This document shows, piece by piece, positions 9,667 to 19,632 of a stretch of 64,000 nt of DNA (the first letter of the stretch is position 1; each line of letters opens with the position of its first letter). The notes under the pieces were generated by a model. The model made no database searches. It was not told the origin of the DNA and worked only from the letters and a program-made list of their open reading frames with translations. Source of the stretch: Pseudomonadota bacterium (GTDB lineage Bacteria; Pseudomonadota; Alphaproteobacteria; Rickettsiales; Midichloriaceae); assembly GCA_018242185.1 (NCBI GenBank), contig JAFECK010000005.1, forward strand, positions 42,373 to 106,372, in the 5' to 3' direction. Position numbers and translations under genes: made by a program.

Positions 9667-9695
9667 TTGGACTGTAGCTAGTAATGTGCTACAAT
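9667..9695 (+). promoter_or_regulatory. candidate sigma70 promoter (TTGGAC-17-TACAAT with TGn extended -10)
   Basis: -35 ttggac at 9667-9672, a 17-bp spacer ending in tgc, and -10 tacaat at 9690-9695. It overlaps the first ATG of the ORF at 9694, which argues for the downstream ATG at 9727. Confidence 0.4.
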
Positions 9696-10233
9696 GCCGA
9701 ATATTGTTATTGAATATCGAATAAAAATGTTGCACTTTTTGCGTCAAAATACACCTCCAGCCCTGTTTATTATAGGCGGTATTGCTGCTTTACCCCTCCT
9801 ACATGTAGTTTCTTACTGGCTGGGCTGCGTCATTCCTCTGCATATGGATATTGCCCAGAAAGTAGGTGCGGACCACTTACTTTCTGCACCTAGCAACCCA
9901 ATCATTGCAAGCATGACTCCAAGCTCTACCTCAGCCCTAACACCTCAGCTTATTGGTTGCTCCCTTGGCGCTGCCCTCTTTATAGCAATTGGCGCGGCTC
10001 TTTGTGTTGGTGGATTCTTCAGCATAGACACTCCAGCCTTTATTAGCCTCGCTATATGCCCGTTTTATTTGTCCACTCTCTTTATAACTGGAATTGCTGG
10101 CACAGCGCAGTATGAGCAGTTGTTCCTATCACAAGCCCTCGATGCCACATTAACGAATTTAGGTATTTCCATAGGATCCCTAGTCGGCATCGGCGCAACT
10201 TCTTTGGCTGCCGCCTTTATCCTTACTCGGTAA
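9694..10233 (+). CDS. small 4-TM membrane protein, family member 1 (AGTAQYE motif)
   Basis: 179-aa ORF. The likely true start is the ATG at 9727 (MLHFLRQ), judged from the promoter position and alignment to the neighbouring paralog. It shares VSYWLGCVIPL, TPQLIGCSLGAA and GIAGTAQYEQLFLSQA with 10235-10789. Confidence 0.6.
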   Translation: MPNIVIEYRIKMLHFLRQNTPPALFIIGGIAALPLLHVVSYWLGCVIPLHMDIAQKVGADHLLSAPSNPIIASMTPSSTSALTPQLIGCSLGAALFIAIGAALCVGGFFSIDTPAFISLAICPFYLSTLFITGIAGTAQYEQLFLSQALDATLTNLGISIGSLVGIGATSLAAAFILTR

Positions 10234-10234
10234 T

Positions 10235-10789
10235 TTGAAAATGCGGAACATAATAAAACAACGCTTGCCCTTAGTATTATGGATAGTCAGCGGGTTATCT
10301 GGTGTATCTTTGCTAACGCTGGTGTCGTATCTAGCAGGGCTGTCCATACCATTGAACCAAGATCTTATAGACAAGATGGGTTTTGAAGCCGAGCAAGCCT
10401 TCTTAGAAACGTCTCCATCAATAGGTGATATACTCGCTAAAATAGGAACACCGCATAGCACCTCTTTTTTCACTCCTCAACTCCTGGGATGCACCCTTGC
10501 CACAGCTGCTTTTGCGGCACTTAGCGTTGCGTTGCTGGCTGGAAGCTTATATGACGGCGACCCTTTTAGTTCAGGAAAATCAACCGCAGCTTTTATTTGC
10601 GGGCTTATCTCTACCGAAATATTCTTTTTCTTTACCGGCGGCGTCGCTGGAACCGCGCAATATGAACATGTTATACTCTCTCAAGCTTACGAATCTACCA
10701 TTCTACATTGCGTAATTGCTATTGGAGTGTTCGCCGGCGTCTGCGCACTTTCTATCAGTTCCGGCTGTGCCATAGAAAACTGTCTATAG
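10235..10789 (+). CDS. small 4-TM membrane protein, family member 2 (tandem duplicate)
   Basis: 184-aa ORF starting 1 nt after the previous stop (TTG at 10235, ATG at 10241). It shows clear paralogy with VSYLAGLSIPL, TPQLLGCTLATAA and GVAGTAQYEHVILSQA. Confidence 0.6.
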   Translation: MKMRNIIKQRLPLVLWIVSGLSGVSLLTLVSYLAGLSIPLNQDLIDKMGFEAEQAFLETSPSIGDILAKIGTPHSTSFFTPQLLGCTLATAAFAALSVALLAGSLYDGDPFSSGKSTAAFICGLISTEIFFFFTGGVAGTAQYEHVILSQAYESTILHCVIAIGVFAGVCALSISSGCAIENCL

Positions 10790-10867
10790 AGAAAGCTGCT
10801 TGAAACTTCACTGACTTGCTATATTATACCCAGACAACATTACTAATCTGCTCAGAAGGTTTCTCAA

Positions 10868-13800
10868 ATGGCGACTAAAGAAAAGCAATCTCACTATCCC
10901 CAAGCCAATCATAACCCTAACTTCGCCAAGCTAGAGCTTGCTGCCCTGGCGAAGTGGAAGGCAGAGGAGACATTCCGCACTTCTGTCCGCGGGGAATCCG
11001 AGTTTATCTTCTATGATGGCCCTCCATTTGCTAATGGCTTACCCCATTATGGCCATTTTTTGACTAGCTTTATCAAAGACTTATTCGCGCGCTATCAAAC
11101 CATGCGTGGTAAAAAAGTAGATAGGCGCTTCGGTTGGGACTGCCACGGTTTGCCAGCGGAAATGGAAGCTGAGAAAACTTTGGGGATTTCCGGCCGCTTG
11201 GCCGTAGAAGAATATGGAGTGGATAAATTCAATGAACATTGCCGCAACTCAGTATTGCGCTATACCAAAGAATGGGAGAATTACGTCACCCGCCAAGGCC
11301 GCTGGGTCGACTTCACCAACGATTATAAAACCATGGATATAAGCTTCATGGAAAGCGTGATCTGGGCGTTTAAAGCACTATTCGACAAAGGCCTGATCTA
11401 CGAATCCACCAGGGTCATGCCATATTCTTGGGCTTGCCAGACACCTGTTTCCGATTTTGAAACCAGGATGGATAACTCTTACAGAGAGAAAACTAGCAAA
11501 GCCGTGACTGTGGCGTTTAATCTAGCTAGCAGGCCGGCTTTCTTGCCGGACGGATATCGCGAATATAAATTGCTTGCCTGGACAACAACACCTTGGACCC
11601 TCCCCTCAAATCTCGCGCTTGCTGTAGGAGAAGAGTTGGAATATGTGGCACTCAAATACGATGATGTACTCTATATCATAGCTGCTGCCTTAGCTGAAAA
11701 ATACGAGCAAGAACTCGGCCTCAATGAGGTAGCGCGCTTTACCGGCAAGCAACTACTCGGCTTATCTTATCGCCCCTTATTTGACTACTTCGCAGATCAG
11801 CCAAATGCTTTTCAAATACTCCCAGGTGATTTTGTCACCACTGAAGATGGCACTGGCATAGTGCACATAGCTCCAGGATTTGGCGAAGATGATCATGCAT
11901 TATGTCAAAAATACAATATAGACGTAGTCTGCCCTGTAGATGAAGGTGCACGCTTCACTTATCCAGTGCATGATTTTCTAGACCAGCATGTTTTCGATGC
12001 TAATGATGAGATAATTAAGAAGCTGAAAACACAGGGCAATTGGGTACGCACCGAACAATATATCCATAACTACCCACACTGCTGGCGCACAGACACACCG
12101 CTGATTTATAAAGCCATGCCATCTTGGTACCTCAAAGTGACCGCCATTAAAGATAAAATGATTGCCAATAACCAGCAAATCAACTGGATCCCTGGACATG
12201 TTAAGAATGGCTTGTTTGGCAAGTGGCTGGAGAATGCCAGAGATTGGTCGATCTCACGCAACCGTTTCTGGGGCTGCCCAATACCAGTATGGGTCAGTGA
12301 TGATCCACAGTATCCTCATATCGAAGTATATGGCTCCATCGCAGAGATAGAGGCAGCTTTTAAAGTAAAGGTGGAAGACTTACATAAGCCGTTTATCGAT
12401 ACTTTGACGAGATCTAACCCAAAAGATCCAACTGGGAAGTCAGTGATGCGCCGAGTGCCAGATGTGTTGGATTGCTGGTTTGAAAGTGGCTCCATGCCAT
12501 ATGCCCAAGTGCATTATCCATTCGAAAACAAAGAGTGGTTTGAAAGCCATTTCCCCGCTGATTTCATCGTGGAATACGTAGCACAAACCAGAGGTTGGTT
12601 CTACACTCTACTCGTACTCTCTACTGCACTATTTGATCGCCCTCCATTCCTCAATTGCATATGCCATGGTGTGATACTAGGTGATGGCGGCCAGAAACTT
12701 TCTAAGCGCCTAAAGAATTACGCAGATCCAAACGAAGTATTTGAGCAGATAGGCGCTGATGCCTTAAGATGGTATATGATTTCTTCACCTGTCATGCGTG
12801 GCAATGAGATTGTCATCGACCACGATGCCAAAGGAGTGCGGGAAGTAGTGCGATTGGTGATGAAGCCAATATGGAACGCATATACTTTCTTCTGCCTTTA
12901 TGCAAACGCTGATTGCATTCAAGCAAAGTTTGATCTCACTTCAAGTAATATGATGGACCGCTATATTATAGCTAAGTGCCAAGAAATGGCTAATAACGTT
13001 ATATCAGCCCTGGACGGATATGACACCATCGCGGCCACAGCAGCAGTTGAAGTATTCATAGAGTGCCTGAATAATTGGTATATCCGGCGCTGCCGTGAAC
13101 GCTTCTGGAAATCCGAGCATGACCAAGATAAGCTAACGGCTTATAATACGTTGTATTCGGTGTTAGATTTACTTTGCCGCACAATTGCGCCTATGCTGCC
13201 AATGTTAAGCGAGGAGATATTCACCGGTCTCATTAATGCTGGGGTGGACGAAAGCGTGCACCTCACTAGTATGGAAAGCTTTGTAAACATGGATAGCGCT
13301 TTGATCGCCCAAATGGACCGAGTTCGCGATGCTTGTAATGCTGCATTATCAGTGCGGAACGAAGCGAAAGTACGGGTACGGCAACCATTATCTAAAGTTA
13401 CCTTCATTGGTGTAAGCGACAGCGGATTCGATACAGACATGCAGCAACTAGTGTTAGAGGAAATAAACGTAAAAGAATGGCATAACTTGGATCGCTCGCA
13501 GATTAGTAAATATGCGCATCACAAACTCCATATACTTTTCCCAGCACTTGGAAAACGTCTCCCAAATAAGGTGAAAGAAATCATAGCCGCTAATAAAGCT
13601 GGCCTATGGGAAGCAGAAGGAGATTCTATCCGCATAGCGGGTGAGCTCCTCTTGCCAGCAGAATTCGAACTCAAACTGGAGCCAAAATTAGAATATGCAG
13701 GGGTGGTAGCAGCACTTCCCTCTCACGACGCTTTAGTTATGCTAGATACCAATGTCACTGATGACTTGCGTAAAGAAGGAATATACCGCGATATAGTGCG

Positions 13801-14026
13801 CGCTATACAGCAGATACGCAAAGAGCAGACACGTAATATAACGGATAAAGTAGAGCTTGTTTTCTATACAGATGATGAGTATATGACGCAGGTTATTACG
13901 GCTTTTCAAACGGAAATAGCCTATAATACTCTGTCTACAAAACTTACCATGAAGCGTGAAGCAGAACAGAAGAAAGCATCTTTAATCGAGCTTGAGCAAG
14001 GGGTTGTATACGTAGAGGTGGTTTGA
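10868..14026 (+). CDS. ileS: isoleucine--tRNA ligase, type 2 (eukaryote-like)
   Basis: 1052-aa ORF with the HIGH-type motif PFANGLPHYGH, KMSKS-type KLSKRLKNY, and the GWDCHGLP editing/CP1 region. It lacks the long N-terminal and Zn-finger layout of type 1 enzymes. Confidence 0.95.
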   Translation: MATKEKQSHYPQANHNPNFAKLELAALAKWKAEETFRTSVRGESEFIFYDGPPFANGLPHYGHFLTSFIKDLFARYQTMRGKKVDRRFGWDCHGLPAEMEAEKTLGISGRLAVEEYGVDKFNEHCRNSVLRYTKEWENYVTRQGRWVDFTNDYKTMDISFMESVIWAFKALFDKGLIYESTRVMPYSWACQTPVSDFETRMDNSYREKTSKAVTVAFNLASRPAFLPDGYREYKLLAWTTTPWTLPSNLALAVGEELEYVALKYDDVLYIIAAALAEKYEQELGLNEVARFTGKQLLGLSYRPLFDYFADQPNAFQILPGDFVTTEDGTGIVHIAPGFGEDDHALCQKYNIDVVCPVDEGARFTYPVHDFLDQHVFDANDEIIKKLKTQGNWVRTEQYIHNYPHCWRTDTPLIYKAMPSWYLKVTAIKDKMIANNQQINWIPGHVKNGLFGKWLENARDWSISRNRFWGCPIPVWVSDDPQYPHIEVYGSIAEIEAAFKVKVEDLHKPFIDTLTRSNPKDPTGKSVMRRVPDVLDCWFESGSMPYAQVHYPFENKEWFESHFPADFIVEYVAQTRGWFYTLLVLSTALFDRPPFLNCICHGVILGDGGQKLSKRLKNYADPNEVFEQIGADALRWYMISSPVMRGNEIVIDHDAKGVREVVRLVMKPIWNAYTFFCLYANADCIQAKFDLTSSNMMDRYIIAKCQEMANNVISALDGYDTIAATAAVEVFIECLNNWYIRRCRERFWKSEHDQDKLTAYNTLYSVLDLLCRTIAPMLPMLSEEIFTGLINAGVDESVHLTSMESFVNMDSALIAQMDRVRDACNAALSVRNEAKVRVRQPLSKVTFIGVSDSGFDTDMQQLVLEEINVKEWHNLDRSQISKYAHHKLHILFPALGKRLPNKVKEIIAANKAGLWEAEGDSIRIAGELLLPAEFELKLEPKLEYAGVVAALPSHDALVMLDTNVTDDLRKEGIYRDIVRAIQQIRKEQTRNITDKVELVFYTDDEYMTQVITAFQTEIAYNTLSTKLTMKREAEQKKASLIELEQGVVYVEVV

Positions 14027-14137
14027 GGCCATATAGTGTGCTAACTCTTCTTTATTATTCGCATTGAAGTGCGCTGTAACTAGTTTGCAACGTTTTTCCT
14101 ATAAATGTTAAAAATGTGAAATAATATAGGTGGCATT

Positions 14138-16768
14138 ATGTTTAAAACTCTGCGTTCTCTTTTCTTTAAACAAGCAGCTGTAGCACATGAAGATATAGTG
14201 GCGAAACTACGCACAATAAGCGCACAAACCCCTGATAAAGCATTAGAAACACTTCAAACATCCGAAGCTGGGCTCACACACCACGAAGTGTCTAAGCGCC
14301 TAACGATATATGGGCAAAACATGGTAGAATCCAAAGCAACGCCATTGTATGTTCAGGCGCTGCATTGCATATTTAGCCATTTTAACCTAATCCTGTTCTT
14401 GCTTGCCTTTATTTCATGGCTCACTGACGATATGAGAGCAACTATCCTGATGGTTACCATGGCTTTTCTAAGCGCTATTATCCGCTTTTATCAAGAACTC
14501 CGCTCAGGCCAAGCTGCCGCTAAACTGAAACAATTAGTACAAAATACTTCGAGGGTTAGGCGTCTAAATCATCAAGGCTCAAAAGAAGAGGATGTGCCAA
14601 TACAACAGATAGTTCCCGGCGATATCGTGGTACTTTCTGCTGGAGACATGGTCCCTGCAGACTTGAGGATTATTGCATCTAGAGACTTGTACATAAACCA
14701 ATCTATGCTAACGGGAGAGGCTCTACCAGTAGAAAAAAATGTCAATAACGCTAAACCAGAAACAGCTTTACTCGAACAACAAAATCTTTGCTTTATGGGT
14801 AGCAACGTAGTCAGTGGCAGCGCTCAAGGAGTAATATTGGCAACTGGTCAAGGAAGTTATTTAGGAGCTTTAGCTACTGAAATAAGTAGAGCACCTGCTC
14901 CTAGTAGTTTTGACAAAGGGGTATACGGCGTGAGTATGATCTTAATAAAAACTATTTTCCTTGTTGGAGTATTGGTATTTATTATCAACGCCCTGAACAC
15001 TGAATCGTGGATCGAAGCATTGATGTTTGCCATTGCAGTGGCAGTTGGCTTAACGCCGGAGATGCTACCTATGGTGGTCTCCGCCAATCTCGCCAAAGGA
15101 GCGGTATTAATGGCGCGCTCCAAAGTAGTAGTAAAACACCTTAGCGCAATTAATAATTTTGGTTCTATGGACATACTGTGCACTGATAAAACCGGTACTC
15201 TCACCATGGATAAAATCGTGCTGCAGCATCACTTAAACCTGCATTACAAAGAAGATCAGGACGTATTGAAATATGCTTATTTGAATAGCTATAATCAAAC
15301 CGGTCTGCGCAATCTGCTGGATAGCGCGATTTTGGAGCACGTGCAACATGATCATATCGAAGATGACATGGAAGTAGATAAGTTTGCTAAAATTGACGAG
15401 TTACCATTTGATTTTGCCAGACGCAGAATGTCAGTAGTGGTAGAGGATAAAAAAGGTACTAGGATGCTGATCTGCAAAGGAGCAGTGGAAGAAGTAAGCG
15501 AATTATGTACTCATTATGAAAAAGACGGCAAGCTATATACGCTTACCCCATCAGTTTTGAAAAAACTTAGTAAACAAGCACATGGTCTCAATGAAAATGG
15601 GTTTAAAGTGTTGTTACTTACCTATCGTCATTTAGATAAAAACTCACATTATAGCGTAAAAGATGAGAAAGATCTGACTATTAAAGGATTGCTTGCCTTC
15701 TTAGATCCACCTAAAGAATCAGCTTATCAAGCCATTCCGGCTTTAATTTCTCATGGAGTAGAAATTAAAGTCATTACTGGTGATAACGCCGAGGTCACGC
15801 GCTATGTATGCAAGCAGGTGGGGTTAGAGATAAAATCTGTACTGTTAGGCGAAGAAATCGAGAGAATGAGCGATGAAGAGCTTCTTGAGAAAGCTCCAGA
15901 GGTCACAATTTTTGCTAAGATTTCCCCTATACAAAAAGCAAAAATTATCAAAACCCTGCGCAGCTGTAATTACACCGTTGGCTTTATGGGCGATGGCGTG
16001 AATGATGCATTAGCACTTCATGAGGCAGACGTAGGCATTTCTGTAGATACAGGGGTTGATATAGCGAAGGAATCAGCAGATATTATTTTGTTAGAGAAAA
16101 GTCTATCTGTATTGGAACGCGGTATTATAGAGGGTCGCATTACTTTTATGAACGTAATGAAGTACATCAAGATGACCTTGAGTTCAAACTTTGGCAACGT
16201 GTTTAGTATAATTGGTGGTAGTGCCCTGTTTCCGTTTTTGCCTATGATGCCAGCACAGCTATTATTACAAAACTTTTTATACGATATATCGCAAACAACC
16301 ATCCCATTTGATAAAGTTGATCCAGATTCTATCGAAAAGCCGAAGCAGTGGAGCCAAAAAGACATACTCAGATTCATGGTTTGCATGGGTCCAATCAGTT
16401 CAATTTTTGACTATCTAACATTTGCGATGTTATGGTTCTACTTCGGCGGTAATACTATAGATACACAAGATATCTTCCAAACTGGCTGGTTTATGTCTGG
16501 CTTGCTAACGCAAACGCTAATAGTGCATATGATTAGAACAAGTAAAATCCCTTTCTTGGAGAGCACCGCTGCACCTATTATATTATTCAGCACAGTGCTA
16601 ATTGCGACAATTGGCCTAACATTGCCTTATACACATCTCGCTAATTATGCGCAATTTACTCCGCTACCAATGTCATATTTCTTGTTCCTAGCATGTGTCG
16701 CAGTGGGATATTGGGTTGTGACTAGTATGGTTAAGAAGATATACATCAAAAAATTTAATACATGGTAG
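14138..16768 (+). CDS. mgtA: magnesium-translocating P-type ATPase
   Basis: 876-aa ORF with TGE (MLTGEALP), the phosphorylation site CTDKTGTLT, the hinge MGDGVNDALAL and an MgtA-like TM arrangement. Confidence 0.9.
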   Translation: MFKTLRSLFFKQAAVAHEDIVAKLRTISAQTPDKALETLQTSEAGLTHHEVSKRLTIYGQNMVESKATPLYVQALHCIFSHFNLILFLLAFISWLTDDMRATILMVTMAFLSAIIRFYQELRSGQAAAKLKQLVQNTSRVRRLNHQGSKEEDVPIQQIVPGDIVVLSAGDMVPADLRIIASRDLYINQSMLTGEALPVEKNVNNAKPETALLEQQNLCFMGSNVVSGSAQGVILATGQGSYLGALATEISRAPAPSSFDKGVYGVSMILIKTIFLVGVLVFIINALNTESWIEALMFAIAVAVGLTPEMLPMVVSANLAKGAVLMARSKVVVKHLSAINNFGSMDILCTDKTGTLTMDKIVLQHHLNLHYKEDQDVLKYAYLNSYNQTGLRNLLDSAILEHVQHDHIEDDMEVDKFAKIDELPFDFARRRMSVVVEDKKGTRMLICKGAVEEVSELCTHYEKDGKLYTLTPSVLKKLSKQAHGLNENGFKVLLLTYRHLDKNSHYSVKDEKDLTIKGLLAFLDPPKESAYQAIPALISHGVEIKVITGDNAEVTRYVCKQVGLEIKSVLLGEEIERMSDEELLEKAPEVTIFAKISPIQKAKIIKTLRSCNYTVGFMGDGVNDALALHEADVGISVDTGVDIAKESADIILLEKSLSVLERGIIEGRITFMNVMKYIKMTLSSNFGNVFSIIGGSALFPFLPMMPAQLLLQNFLYDISQTTIPFDKVDPDSIEKPKQWSQKDILRFMVCMGPISSIFDYLTFAMLWFYFGGNTIDTQDIFQTGWFMSGLLTQTLIVHMIRTSKIPFLESTAAPIILFSTVLIATIGLTLPYTHLANYAQFTPLPMSYFLFLACVAVGYWVVTSMVKKIYIKKFNTW

Positions 16769-16855
16769 AGATTGAAAAATTTATCATGCTACTGTATAGA
16801 GGTAATCGCTTGTTTTTAACCAGCACCGGCTAACTCAAACTATACAAATAACAAC

Positions 16856-17854
16856 ATGGCAAACAAACATACCGTATTAACTGGAGACCGTCCAACTGGG
16901 CCGCTGCACCTCGGGCATTATGTTGGCTCGCTGCTTAGCAGAGTCGCCCTGCAAGACACACACAATCAATATATCATGATAGCCGATATCCAAGCTCTCA
17001 CTGATAACTTTGAAACTCCCCAAAAAGTTCGTGATAACGTATTTGAAGTGGCAAAAGATTATCTGGCAATCGGCATAGATCCTAGCAAAAGCACTATTTT
17101 CATTCAGTCCTTAATCCCAGCTCTGGCCGAACTTACTGTGTTTTACTTAAACCTGGTCACTGTTAGTCGGCTAGAACGCAACCCTACTGTTAAAGCAGAA
17201 ATCCAACAGAAAGGCTTTGACACCTCTCTACCTGCTGGCTTTTTGTGTTACCCAGTGAGCCAAGCTGCAGACATTACTGCTTTTCAAGCTAAGGTGGTCC
17301 CCGTAGGAGAAGATCAACTGCCAATGCTTGAGCAAACCAACGAGATTGTACGGCGTTTCAACCGTATATATAGCTGCGAAGTGCTGAAAGAGGTTGAGAT
17401 ATGGCCTGGTAAAGTTGGGCGCTTAGTCGGTATCGACGGCCAGCTTAAAGCAAGCAAATCCGCAGGTAATGCCATATATTTAAGCGATGGCGAGGAGGAG
17501 GTAAAACGCAAAGTGATGGCGATGTTCACTGATCCTACCCATCTCAAAGTGAGCGATCCTGGTAAAGTGGATGGTAATGTGGTTTTTGCATATCTAGACG
17601 CATTCCACCATGATAAGGAAGAGGTGGCAGCCCTGAAAGCACATTACCAGCGAGGTGGCTTAGGAGATATGACCATCAAAAAACTACTGCTGGAAACTTT
17701 GGAAGCTCTGCTGGCGCCAATACGCCAGCGGCGCGCCAGCATCAGTGAGAAACAGGTGCGCGAGATTCTGCTTGAAGGCACTCAGTTGGCTAATAAAACA
17801 GCTAACCATACCTTGCAAATGGTGCGAGAGGCTATAGGAGTGGAGTATTTTTAG
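16856..17854 (+). CDS. trpS: tryptophan--tRNA ligase
   Basis: 332-aa ORF with the HIGH-type [16 protein letters not shown], a KMSKS-type KASKSAGN region and a VPVGEDQ motif. Confidence 0.93.
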   Translation: MANKHTVLTGDRPTGPLHLGHYVGSLLSRVALQDTHNQYIMIADIQALTDNFETPQKVRDNVFEVAKDYLAIGIDPSKSTIFIQSLIPALAELTVFYLNLVTVSRLERNPTVKAEIQQKGFDTSLPAGFLCYPVSQAADITAFQAKVVPVGEDQLPMLEQTNEIVRRFNRIYSCEVLKEVEIWPGKVGRLVGIDGQLKASKSAGNAIYLSDGEEEVKRKVMAMFTDPTHLKVSDPGKVDGNVVFAYLDAFHHDKEEVAALKAHYQRGGLGDMTIKKLLLETLEALLAPIRQRRASISEKQVREILLEGTQLANKTANHTLQMVREAIGVEYF

Positions 17855-17942
17855 CTAAGCAAACCTTTGGCTAGAGATGAGATAGACTTTTACACTACTT
17901 TCTGCTACAATACGGTAAGATAATCATTTTTGAGAGAACGTT

Positions 17943-19622
17943 GTGAAAACGTCGGAGACAATAACGTGGAATAGCTTTGAACAAGACCAAGCAATATCCT
18001 GGCCAGCTCTGTTGGGAAATGGCGCAACTCTTAAGCTTAAACAAACCGTTAGCTTAATACGCAAAGTATTGGAAAATGATCTAGACGCGTTTATTGGCAC
18101 CACAGAGCAAGACAAAAAAATCAAAACCCTAGTGATCGCTCTGCACTCCGATCGACTCAACCGCTTACTTCCCAATAACATAGAGAATCGCGAACAAAAA
18201 CTTGCATGGCTGCAAGATAAAGCAGACGGTGCGGGCAAGAAAATCGCGCAATATAGTAGCATGCACAAGCCTACAAAAGTCTCGAAGGATTGGCAAGACC
18301 CTAAGCATTTGATGTATGAAAACGCTGTGACCTGGGCTAAAACTATGACGGTTCGCTGGTCGATCAAGGAGACAACGTCTGAAGATCTGCTAGCGAGTTT
18401 TGCGATTCTCACAAAAAAAGGTGTAGATGTGATGCTGAGCAAAGAGGGTGATGAGCATTTATTGAATATACCCAGCGTATACGCCTTACCTAAAGAAGTA
18501 TTAGAAGCTATACTAGCGTATTACAAAACAAATAGTCCTACGTCATTCGATCAATTATTTGAGAACGTCGCACCTATAGTATCTGTCCTCGATATGGCAT
18601 TAAAGGAACACAGACAGGCATTGCTGCAGAATTTCATAAAGAGCGGCAATATAGATTTCAATGCGGCGAAGTTGCAAAACATCGTATCCAACATAGTCAG
18701 AAAAGTAGCTTTGCCAATGCAATACGGCATGGGTGCTGGATATTTATTCATCCCTCTAGGTGAGAATGGTGAGCCGTTTATTGGTCTGATGCTGCAAAAA
18801 TATACTAAAGACCATACGCCTGTAGAAATAGCTTCTATGTTTGTTTGCGCTTTAGTGGATTACCTGGAACTGCAGAACGCGGCACTAGAGAAAGATAAAC
18901 CAGAGAAAGGTGCCATTATAGCCGTTGAAAAACAGACTATACCAACTATGAGTGTTGAGGAGCGCATCCGAGTAAATAAAGGGATGATTACAGGCATCAA
19001 GTCCTGGAAATTCCAAAATATAAACCTGTACATCAATAAAAAAGATAGGTCAGCCAACATCATTGGAGGCCATGATGGTGAGATGGCACACTACGTACAT
19101 CGTATACCAGCCATCGTCTGCTTTCTCCCAATACTGAGTTACACCGCGCTTTACGCTCATTGCAGTCTTGCAGTTTTCATAGGCGTGGGCTATGGCACAG
19201 CTCCATTACTAGGCATTGCTAGTAACTTGCTAGTATTAAAGTTCTTACCGAATAACCGTATGGTATATAAACCCAGCAATGAAGAGCTACAACATGTTAC
19301 TGAAAGTGCTGGCCCTAAGCGCAACTACGTAATAGCTGTGATCACCGGCGCTATAGGCGGTATACTTAGCTTTGGAATAGTGCACGCCACCCATGAAGCA
19401 TACCTGTACCTCATAGCTCCCCAGGTTTTCTCTTACACCACTTTTGGCGAATATATGGGGCGAGAATCTATTATTTCGCTCATCTCTGATGAAGCCTTGC
19501 GAGAGAGTATGACTAAATATCTTGAACTAGTCTCATTAGCTTCCATCGTTCTAGTGAGCTTAGCGGCTTGCCTGACTACATACCTTGCAGTTAAGGATGA
19601 GGTAAATCCTAAAGGGAAGTAG
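17943..19622 (+). CDS. hypothetical protein with C-terminal hydrophobic helices
   Basis: 559-aa ORF with a GTG start. It is preceded by TAGACT-17-TACAAT (17883-17911, TGn extended -10). The N-terminal ~380 aa are soluble, followed by several hydrophobic segments. No family was recognised. Confidence 0.55.
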   Translation: MKTSETITWNSFEQDQAISWPALLGNGATLKLKQTVSLIRKVLENDLDAFIGTTEQDKKIKTLVIALHSDRLNRLLPNNIENREQKLAWLQDKADGAGKKIAQYSSMHKPTKVSKDWQDPKHLMYENAVTWAKTMTVRWSIKETTSEDLLASFAILTKKGVDVMLSKEGDEHLLNIPSVYALPKEVLEAILAYYKTNSPTSFDQLFENVAPIVSVLDMALKEHRQALLQNFIKSGNIDFNAAKLQNIVSNIVRKVALPMQYGMGAGYLFIPLGENGEPFIGLMLQKYTKDHTPVEIASMFVCALVDYLELQNAALEKDKPEKGAIIAVEKQTIPTMSVEERIRVNKGMITGIKSWKFQNINLYINKKDRSANIIGGHDGEMAHYVHRIPAIVCFLPILSYTALYAHCSLAVFIGVGYGTAPLLGIASNLLVLKFLPNNRMVYKPSNEELQHVTESAGPKRNYVIAVITGAIGGILSFGIVHATHEAYLYLIAPQVFSYTTFGEYMGRESIISLISDEALRESMTKYLELVSLASIVLVSLAACLTTYLAVKDEVNPKGK

Positions 19623-19632
19623 GCTTCATGCT

